From the NCBI GenBank assembly GCA_001275005.1, contig JWZX01002586.1, forward strand, positions 1 to 37,610: a stretch of 37,610 bases of DNA. The letters are read 5' to 3'. Origin of the DNA: Chrysochromulina tobinii (taxonomy: Eukaryota). Shown here one piece after another: positions 19,086 through 29,400 of this stretch. A program made the translations under genes and the position numbers. The notes under the pieces are model-generated. The model had not been told where the DNA came from and did no database searches. It saw only the letters and a list, made by a program, of their open reading frames with translations. How positions within the stretch are numbered: the first letter of the stretch is position 1; every line of letters starts with the position of its first letter.

Positions 19086-22000
19086 TCACAGGGCCCCCAG
19101 CAAGTCACAGACCACTGTGTGGCCACTATCACGAGCGAGCGAAAGCGCGGTCTTGCCTGCAGCAGTCTGCACTTCCTTGCGCGCGCCAGCGCTGAGCAAC
19201 ATGTGGACGCAGTGCTGCTGGCCCGCCATCGCCGCATACATGAGCGCAGTATAGCCTGCCTCTGTTGCATGCGAGGGGACGACAGCAGCGTCGATGTCCG
19301 ATTGCGGGAGCACGCGCTTGAGCACCGTTGTCAGGCCGCCGAGGCTCGCCGCCATGAGCATTGTAAAGTTGTCGATGCTCACTACCTTGAGCGAGGCGCC
19401 TGCCTCAAGCAGGACGAGAGCAACCTGCTCGTGGCCATTTTGGGCAGTGAGCATCAAGGCGGTCCAGCCATCAGGCTGTGCCTGATTTGGGTCCGCCTTC
19501 GCCTCGAGCAGGACGAGAGCAACCTGCTCGTGGCCATTTTGGGCAGCGGACATCAAGGCGGTCGTGCCGTTGGACTCTGCCTTATTTGGGTCCGCCTTCG
19601 CCTCGAGCAGGACGAGAGCAACCTGCTTGTGGCCTTTTCCGGCAGCGAGCATCAAGGCGGTCACGCCATTGGGCTGTGCCTGCTGATTTGGGTCCGCCTT
19701 TGCCTGGAGCAGGACGAGAGCAACCTGCTTGTGGCCTTTTCCGGCAGCGAGCATCAAGGCGGTCACGCCGTTGGACCTTGCCTGCTGATTTGGGTCCGCC
19801 TCTTTGCCTCGAGCAGGACGAGAGCAACCTGCTCGTGGCCACTTAGGGCAGCGAACATCAAGGCGGTCATGCCGTCGGACCTTGCCTGATTTGGGTCCAC
19901 CTTTGCCTCGAGCAGGACAAGAGCAACCTGTTCGTGGCCATTTTGGGCAGCGAGCATCAAGGCGGTCACGCCGTCGGACGTTGCCATATTTGGGTCCGCC
20001 TTTGCCTCGAGCAGGACGAGAGCGACCTGTTCGTGGCCATTTTGGGCAGCGCACATCAAGGCGGTCCAGCCGTTGGACATTGCCATATTTTGGTCCGCCT
20101 TCGCCTCGAGCAGGGCGAGAGCGACCTGTACGTGGCCATTTCGGGCAGCGCACATCAAGGCGGTCAGGCCGTTGGACTCTGCCTTATTTGGGTCCGCCTT
20201 CGCCTCGAGGAGGACGAGAGCAACCTGCTCGTGGCCATTTTGGGCAGCGCACATCAAGGCGGTCCAGCCGTTGGACATTGCCATATTTGGGTCCGCCTTC
20301 GCCTCGAGCAGGGCGAGAGCGACCTGTTCGTGGCCATTTTGGGCAGCGAGCATCAAGGCGGTCCAGCCGTTGGACTCTGCCTGATTTGGGTCCGCCTTTG
20401 CCTCGAGCAGGACGAGAGCAACCTGCTCGTGGCCATTTTTGGCAGCGCTCATCAAGGCGGTCCGGCCGTCGGACTCTGCCTGATTTGGGTCCGCCTTTGC
20501 CTCGAGCAGGACGAGAGCAACCTGCTCGTGGCCATTTTGGGCAGCGCTCATCAAGGCGGTCCAGCCGTCGGACTCTGCCTGATTTGGGTCCGCCTTTGCC
20601 TCCAGCAGGACGAGAGCAACCTGCTCGTGGCCATTTTTGGCAGCGCTCATCAAAGCGGTCCGGCCGTCGGACTCTGCCTGATTTGGGTCGGCCTTTGCCT
20701 CGAGCAGGACGAGAGCAACCTGCTCGTGGCCATTTTTGGCAGCGCTCATCAAGGCGGTCCAGCCGTCAGACTCTGCCTGATTTGGGTCCGCCTTCGCCTC
20801 GAGCAGGACGAGAGCAACCTGCTCGTGGCCATTTTGGGCAGCGTACATCAAGGTGGTCCGGCTGTTGGACTTTGCCATATTTGGGTCCGCCTTCGCCTCG
20901 AGCAGGACGAGAGCAACCTGCTCGTGGCCATTTTGGGCAGCGCTCATCAAGGCGGTCCGGCCGTCGGACTGTGCCTGATTTGGGTCCGCCTTTGCCTCGA
21001 GCAGGACGAGAGCAACCTGCTCGTGGCCACTTCGGGCAGCGTACATCAAGGCGGTCACGCTGTCGGACTTTGCCATATTTGGGTCCGCCTTTGCCTCGAG
21101 CAGGACGAGAGCAACCTGCTCGTGGCCATTTTTGGCAGCGCTCATCAAAGCGGTCACGCCGTTGGACGCTGCCTGATTTGGGTCTGCCTTTGCCTCGAGC
21201 AGGACGAGAGCAACCTGCTCGTGGCCACTTCGGGCAGCACTCATCAAGGCGGTCACGCCGTCGGACTCTGTCTGATTTGGATCCGCCTTCGCCTCGAGCA
21301 GGACGAGGGCGACCTGCTCGTGGCCATCTTGGGCAGCGAGCATCAAGGCGGTCACACCGTCGGACCTTGCCTGATTTGGGTCCGCCTTTGCCTCGAGCAG
21401 GACAAGAGCAACCTGCTCGTGGCCAGCACTTTGGGCAGCGAGCATCAAGGCAGTCCAGCCGTCGGACTCTGCCTGATTTGGGTCCGCCTTTGCCTCGAGC
21501 AGGACGAGAGCAACCTGCTCATGGTCATTTTGGGCAGCGAGCATCAAGGCGGTCACACCGTCGGCCGCTGCCTGATTTGGGTCCGCCTTCGCCTCGAGCA
21601 GGACGAGAGCAACCTGCTCGTGGCCATTTTGGGCAGCGAACATCAAGGCGGTCATGCCGTCGGACTCTGCCTGATTTGGGTCCGCCTTTGCCTCGAGCAG
21701 GACGAGAGCAACCTGCTCGTGGCCATTTTGGGCAGCGAACATCAAGGCGGTCCTGCCGTCGGACTCTGCCTTATTTGGGTCCGCGTTTGCCTCGAGCAGG
21801 ACGTGAAGGCAGCGCTCGTGTCCAAAACTGCTCGCCCGCATGAGCGGAGTGCCACCGTCGGAATCGGCGAGCGCCGCATCCGCCCCTTGAGTGAGGAGCT
21901 GCTGCACGATCGGCTCGGCGCCCTCCTCCGCGGCGAGGTAGAGCGCGGTGCAGCCCTCGGCGCTCTGCGCATTGAGCGTGGAGGCGTTTGACGATTCCAG

Positions 22001-25000
22001 TAGCTTGACGATGGCCGCGAGTTGCTTGCGGCGGGACGCGACCATGAGCGCCGTCATCCTCCCCGCGTCCTGCGTGCGTGCGAGGGTCGCCAGGTCCCCC
22101 GTCGCGGCGGCGCGCAGCCGCTCCGTGCGCATGCACGCCTCGTCGGTGAACTCGCGGTCCGAGAGCGTCGGCTCAAAGAGGCGAACGACGGCGTGCTGCT
22201 TGGCGTTCCGTGCTACGTTGGCTGCGGACTGGTTCTGCATGTTCCTCTCCTCCTTGTCGGCGCCCTTTGCGACGAGCGCACGGCAGATGGCCACGTGCCC
22301 GCCGGCGGCGGCGCGGTGCAGCGGCGTGTTGACGCGCTCGTCGGCGACGAGCGGGTTGACGCCCGCGTCGAGCAGCGCCTCGACGAGCGCCGCGTCGCCC
22401 GCCCCCGCGGCGAGACGGAGGAGCGCGCCCGCGCGGTTGGACGCAACGACGAGCGCCTTGGTGCGCGGCAGGCCCTTCTTCTCCTCCCACCCCTGGATCT
22501 TGACGTCCACCTCGTCGCCCTCCACGCGTGCGACGACGGCCGGCAGCCAAGTCACGTCGCTGGCGAGCACGCGCTTGCCCACGACGAGCGCGTCCGCAGC
22601 AGCCAGCTTCCCCGCCTCGCGCGCCGCCTCGCGCGCCACGCCCTTGGCTGCCTCGAGCGCCGTGGGCAGCCACGCGGCAGGCAGCCCCTTGCGCACGAGC
22701 GTGGCAAGCACGCACAGCCGCCACGCCTCCTTGTCTGGCACGGCCGCCCCCTCGGCTACCGGCAGCTGCGCCGCCTTGACGAACGCGTCGCCAAACACCG
22801 CGCCACCCGCCTGCACGCCCATGAGAACGGCGTTCGTCCACCACACGCCCCACGCAAACGACGGCAGCGGCACGCCGCCATCGCCGATGGCGAGCATCGC
22901 ATAGTATTCCTGGAAGGAGAGGTGGAAGGCCTGCATCTGCAGCGGCTTCGCCTCGAGCAGGCGCACGAGCGGCAGCCCGTCTCGCGCCACCAGGGCGCGC
23001 AGCTCGTCGGCCGCACCCTGGGCGGCGGCCATGCCGATGCGCGCGCCGATGCGCGCGGCGGCGGCGCCGAGGTGTGCCTCGGTGATGATGCGCTGCTCGG
23101 CGGCGTGCGCCTCGAAGAAGGTGGCTTGCAGCAGCGCGCGCGCGTCGTCCGACACGGCGGCGCCCGACCGTTTTTGCATCGCGCCGGCCGCCACCTCGTA
23201 CAGCTCGGCGGTGGTAGTCGGCATGTCGATGCCGACACGCAGCTGCGCAATGGAGCACACCATCGAGAGCATGAGGGGGTTGGCGGTGACGCGGCGCTTC
23301 GTGCCGGCCTCGCCGCCGGCGTCGAGCGGCACCTTGTCGCGCAGGTAGGACTTGAGCGCGGACGCGCGCTTGTCGCCGAGCCGCGTGGTGAGGAAGGCCT
23401 CCTGCTGCTCGTCGCTCAGCGGAGCGAGGGTCAGCCTGTGGAACCCGGCGAAGCCCGCCTCGTCCAGGCCAGCCGGGCGTGAGGTGCACAGGATCACAAA
23501 TCCCTTGGGCGCGAGCACCTCGGCGACGTGCTTCTCGATGCGCGCCCGTTCGGCGCCCGCCTCGTCGAGCCCGTCGAGCAGCAGCAGCACGCGCCGCTCG
23601 TGCATCGCCGCGCGCAGCATCGCATAGTGCGGCGGCGCGCACGTGAGCTTGAGGCCGGCGTCGACCCAATCGTTCGCCGCGTCGAAGGCTGCCCCTTGCT
23701 CGGCGAGCCGCTTCTGGAGCTGCTCGGCGCGCACGAGCACGGGCACGAGCGGCTCGCGCCCGTCGTCCTCGGCGAGCCTGTCGACTTGCCCCAGCGCGTG
23801 CATGATGAGCTGCGACATGAGCCACGTCTTGCCCGCTGCCGGGCCGGCGGTCAACAGCGCGCACGTGCGTGCGCTGGAGCGCAGGTCGTGCAGCCACGCA
23901 CACAGCGAGCGTGCGTCGCGCACGGCGAGCGGCTTGCCGTTGGCATCGTGCCCCTCCACGCCGATGGGCACGCACTCCGTGAGCGTGCTGAGCTGCTTGC
24001 CGGAGAGGGCGTCGGGGATGTACGCGTGCTGCGCGCGCAGACAGTCGAGGTGCCACGCGCGCATCGACGCGAATCCGTCGTCGGCGGGCATCGGCGGCAA
24101 CGCCACCACCTGCGAGCCGGCGGCCGCCTCGGCGGCGAGCGCGAGCACCGGCTGCACCGCACCGACGATGCGCGTGACGTACTCACGGTAAAGGGCGGGC
24201 ACCGTGTCCATGTCGCCTTTGCCGGTGAAGGTGGCGCCGGCAATGCGGGTGAGGACCCGCTCGACGCGCTCGGCCAGCTCGCCGGTCGGCGCGACGCACG
24301 GCTCCGTGGGGCGGCCGCTGCGCAGCACGAGCACCTTGGACGGAAGCGCGTCGAGCGCCTCCCGCACGCGCGGCACCGCGCCCAGCCGTGCGAGCAGCTC
24401 GTGGCTCACGGCATCCTCAAAGACGCACCAGCCGCGCTCGTCGTACGGGCGCTCATTGTACAGCGTGTCGACGCCGTCGCACAGCTCAGGCCACGGCCCT
24501 GCGCGCTTGGCGGCGAGCGCCGCCTCGTGCGACGCGAAGCGCACGACGGGCGGGTTGCGCGTATGCTCGAACGCGACGATGGCACCGAAGCAGCCGAGTG
24601 TCTCGCGGACGGCGCCCTCCCCCTTCGTGGCTTTCAGCCCGAAGAGGCACAACGCACCGTCGAACGCCTCCGGCCGGGGCGGGATCTCGCGCGACTGCAG
24701 CACGGTGGTGCCGACGGCGGAGGCGTACACGTCGGCCATGACCATGATCGCGCGCTCGAAGGCGGCGCTCTCGACGGGCGTGCGCGTGCGGTTGGGCAGG
24801 TTCTGGAAGAGCGAGGCATAGTCCCAGAAGACGCCCTCGATGTGCGGGTGCTCCTCGAGGGCGGCGAGCACCATTTCCAGGCGCACGCCGTCCGGGTCGC
24901 ACTCGCCGGGCGACAGCCAGCTGTGGCTGAGCGCGCCCACGCCGCGGCTGCCGCGCCGGAGCAGCACGACGGCCTCCTCAGCCGAGAGGAAGGGCGATGA

Positions 25001-25894
25001 GAGGAACGGCGACTTTTCCCCCGATGCGAGGGACAGCGCCTCGAGCTCCTGTCGCCGCTTCAGCCGCCTCCCGTTTGGCTGCCGCCGCAGCCGCCGCAGC
25101 CGCCGCAGCCACGAGACACGCAGAAGCTTGATGTCGCCGGCGTGGAGCGCGTCGGCGAGCCGGTCGTCGAGTCTTGAGAGGACGCGAATGATCTCGGACG
25201 GTGCGCCCATGGCCACGGTGGGCCGCACAGCGTCGTCGTCGTCGATGTCGTCGAGGTTGATGTCGTCCCCGTTGTACAAGGCATTGGACCGCGTGGGGCC
25301 ATTGGACGGTCCCGATGAAAACAGCCCACGCGGCGTGAAGGCCAGCATGATCGCGTTTATCACGGAGGTGCCAATCTCTAAGATCGGGTTCTTCGTCTCG
25401 GCCGCCGTCTCCGTCGCCGCTCCGGCCACCGGCTTACAACTTCCGTCGTCTACAGACGTCTCGGGCACTGATTCGGCGCTGTCGGTCGTCTCGGGCACTG
25501 GTTCGGCAACCTTCATGTCTTCGGGTGCTGCCCGAGGGCCTGGCTCGACAGCGACAGGTGGCGATTCCGAAGGGCCATCCAGAACCTGCACGAAGAGCTC
25601 GGCTTGTGCGCCAGGCTTGCTTGCGGCGCAGCCGCCCCCTCGGACGCGCACCATCTCCGTCCAACAAGTCCTGAGGCTCACTGGCCGACCCGGCAGGGCG
25701 ACCGCAGAGCGGGCGCACTCTCGCGTCCGAAAACGCGGACGTCCAAGCAAAACTTCCCAGGAACGGCGTGAATGTGAATGCGAGTGACCACCGACCCGCC
25801 TACCGGTCGCGGCATCGACGGAGGTGGCGGCGGAAGAACTTGTCGCCGACGCGAAAACGGCGAAAATAAAGATCGGCCCGCGGATGATCGACAT
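19086..25894 (-). CDS. NLR-like STAND protein: HET-like domain (with RRM-like insert), NACHT NTPase, SH3/Tudor-like segment, long ankyrin array; 2-nt frameshift at about 19801
   Basis: HET-like SHSW...FWDYASLFQ...MADVYA...RGWCVFE. NACHT Walker A AGPAAGKT, Walker B LLLLDGLDE, CTSRP, NPLML, FHLSFQEY. Ankyrin consensus GxTALMxAAxNGHEQVALVLLEAKADPN. The start is uncertain: the ORF is open to 26404, with candidate Mets at 25894 and 25654. Confidence 0.85.
19400..21790 (-). repeat. About 24 near-identical 99-bp (33-aa) ankyrin repeat units
   Basis: Counted 20 units in the 2213-aa ORF and 4 after the frameshift. The scaffold is almost invariant; three units carry a one-codon insertion. Confidence 0.92.
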
Positions 25895-26416
25895 GATTGA
25901 CAGAACCCGTGACAGAAGCGCTCCGCCGCACCTACATCCGCTACATCTGCTTCGTACCCCGACGCCCGGTGGCACGGACCGTTGAGGCGGCGGCCCCAAA
26001 ACAAAGACGGCAGAGTTATGATGACGGTCGACAATGCCATAAAGGCATAAACCCCAAGATAAACCCATCCCCCCCCAACCCCCCACCTGATTGCCTATCA
26101 CAGTCCCGCCCGGTAGTATATGGCAGCGAGCACCAGGGAACACCGCTGTGTGCTCAGACTCTCCGAGAGACATTGCCGAGAGATCATGAGAGATCGACCT
26201 CACTACATGTAGCGAAACCTGTAGCGAAATTGAAGAGCGCTCTGGCTCAGTACTTGTGTTGACCGAGGGGTGCGGAGCCATCCTTACACAGATACACTGT
26301 GATGAGCTCGACCAGCGACGAAACTGTCGGACCAGAAGTTTTTTGGACCGCCATGAGTTGCCAAATCTGTCCACGCACGCTCTGAAAACATTTCTGGCCG
26401 CCACGATCGAGAAGGG

Positions 26417-29400
26417 ATGCCGCGATCGCCTAACGCTGCGTTGCCGAAGCTCCGCGCCGCGGCGCCGCGGACCACCGGCTCACCGTCCAGCAGGGCGGCA
26501 TCGACTCGCAAGGATGCCATGCCACGCGCCGCTTCGCCGCTCAAGTCCGGGAGGGGCCAGCAATCGCAGCGTGGGTCACGACAAAGCAAGGCCCCTGCGA
26601 GCCTCGTTACCATCGCTGGCCAGCCTCTTATGGACCTGGTGCCCGAGGAGCCACCAGAGGAGCTGAGTGGCTGTGCCGATGACGATGCCGAGCCCAAGTT
26701 CGATGCGATGGACGAGATCCAGTGGCTTCGAGACGAGCTGGCTGCCAAAGAGCAGGAGCTGGCCGACAAGGACCAAGAGAAAGCGCAGGCGCTGGCCGAT
26801 AAGGACCGGGAGCTGGCTGAACTGCGCGCGCGGCTTCTGTACGGCGGGTCGCTCCCACAGCCGACGTGCAAAACAATCCTCATCGACATGGACAACACGA
26901 TCTGCGACTTCGACGGCGAGGTCGTCCGCCGCTTCACCGACAAGTTCCCGGGCCAGACCATGCTCACGACGAGCGCGGCAACGCGCAAGAACTGGGGCAT
27001 CGCCGAGGACGTGAGGGAGCCGTACAGCGAGGAGGTCAAGAAGATCTTCCGCGAGTCGGGCTTCACCGAGTCGCTGCCGCCGATTGCCGGCGCGGCCAGA
27101 GCGCTCAAGGAGATGCTGGCCGAGGGCTACGACGTGCGCCTCTGCACGAGCCCGCTCGTGAATCAGCCAATGGGCGTGGGGGAGAAGTTCGTGTGGGTCG
27201 CTGCCGTGCTCGGAGATGAATGGAAGAAGCGCATCATCATCACGTCCGACAAGACGATGGTCAAGGGACTTATGCTCATCGATGATAAGCTTGCGATCGT
27301 CGACGAGAAGAGCGTATGCAACCCGCCGGAGTGGAAGCAGTATGCTGCATGCCGCCTCACACGTGACCACCCATTTGCTCGCAAGCCAACCCCAGTCACT
27401 CTCCTGTTCGAATCACCCCCCATTCACTCTCCTGTTCCAACCTCCCCCACGCGACGCTTTGTGGCGACGCAGAGTCATCTTTCGAAGGCCGTACCTCGAT
27501 CACTACGAGGACGAGCTCCAGAACCATACCGTGCTCGACAGCTGGAAGGATTGGCGAAGGGTCGTCGATCCTAGCTCGGCGGCCGCGCTGCAACCGGCGG
27601 ATGGCGCCGAGGAGTCTCGAAAGGATGCGGAGCTCGCCCCGTGGGAGCACGCCGTGGACGAGACGAGGCTGGCAAGTGTGGTCGCGTCCAGCTGGCAGCA
27701 GGAGCGCCCTTTGGACGGCTCCGGCGGAATCGTCCTTACCGATAGCGCCGGCAACGCACAGGGCGTCTTCGACGTGCTACTTCGTTCGCAGTGGACGCTG
27801 ATGGCATGGATCCGCCCAGAGTGCTATGCGCTCTCCGGAGATGAGAACGTGCGATTCTCGCTCTTTGGGTGCGGTCAGTCGTGGGAAGAGCGAGATGTAG
27901 CGAGCAGTCATCACAGGAATGCTCAGCCGTCGGGGGTCTCGTCGTACTTTCATGTCGAGACGAGTGGGCCGAGGATCCTGATTCGGTTGGGCAACGACAT
28001 CCTCAGCTCGGATGCCGAGCTGCTGCCGCAGGAGCAGTGGTCGCACGTGGCCATCGTGTACGACGGCGTGCAGCGGCGGCTGCAGCTGGTCGTCAACTCC
28101 ATGCTCGTGGCGCAGCTCGTGCCTGTGGATCCGCTGCGCTCTCCAAAGGTCCCGTCGCTCCGACGGCTCTATGTTGGCTCGCGTGGCGGGAAGTTGGTTA
28201 CGTTCATCGCAGGCACGACGTGGGCGTGGGCGAGTAAGGCACAGAAAGCTGGAGAGGCGGGCGCGCAGGAGCTGACGCTTGGCGAAGACGGGACGACCGT
28301 GTTCAAGGCTGCCAAGTCTAGGTGGAGCGTGCGTGACGAGGCTGAGCGGACGGTGCTCTGCGAGGACCTCGGCGGCCAGCGCGTCGAGCTGCGCTTCTCC
28401 GAGGATCTGCAGAGCTTCGTTGCCATCTCCCTTGGCGCCGAGATTGCAAAGGGCGAGCGCAACCGCGATGCCGGCGTGCACTCGCCGAGGCCTTTCAAGG
28501 GTCTTGTGCGGTCTGTGCGACTCGTTCCAAAGTCGCTGCCTTCGGTGCTTGTGCAGGCGGCGGGCAAGGTGCCCTTCATCCAGTTGGTAGTCTACTCGAA
28601 AGCAGAGGATGCGTCAACTGTCAAGGTCCTCGTCATGAGTGCGCGCCTGCCCCAAGCACACATTGCACGCCCGCTAAAGTGGCCACTTGTTGGCTGACCC
28701 CAATCTTTTTTGCCCCCCTGTGTTGCCAGCTCACACCGAGTCCGCCGACGGGCTGCTCTCTCAAAAGCTTGGCCTGATAGAGGGGATCGTGGGCGATAGC
28801 GAGGACCCGCTGAGCGCGGCGAACAGGCTGATCACAGCACATGGCATCGGACGCAGTCTTGGCGATCCAGTAGTGCTCAAAGTCTCGAAGCAGCCGTGGA
28901 ATGAGCTCACCGCAGCAATGGAGCCACGAGTGCTGTACCACGAGCTCGAACACTTGCTCGAGTGGGGCGAGTCGCCTCCCTCCTTTATCGCGCTCGCCGA
29001 GTGGAAGGACCTCTCCACAGCGCGGGGCTTCTTCTCTACGGCGCCGCCCCCCGCAGAGCCTTCGGCGCTACTTGAGAGATCGCTCACCGCCGGTGCCACC
29101 CATCACAGCGTCTCCCCGGCTGGTACTGGAAGCACGCACTCGCCGAGTGGCGCCAGGAAGAGCAAGCTGAGCAAGCAAGCTTCGGCCATGCAAGGAGAGC
29201 TGGAAGACGCGGCGAAGAGCGCTCAGATGAGCACGACGCACTCGCGCGTTCACTGGGGGTGGTTCTCGACGGACGAAGCGCATGGCATGTGCAGGCTCGC
29301 CGTGCAGAACCGTACCGCCCAGACGAATGCGCGCGCGCGGCAGCTTGAGAGTGGCGGCGTGGAGTCCTGGACCAGCCCCTCCAAGCGGACTCATCCTGCG

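Noticed and set aside
19804..21991. Long + strand ORFs (679 and 685 aa)
   Set aside because: Antisense shadows of the 99-bp ankyrin array with no independent protein motif.
25895..26404. First 170 codons of the 2213-aa ORF as coding
   Set aside because: Lower GC, no domain-like sequence, and it would leave about 12 bp to the divergent gene; more likely promoter/UTR, though not excluded.
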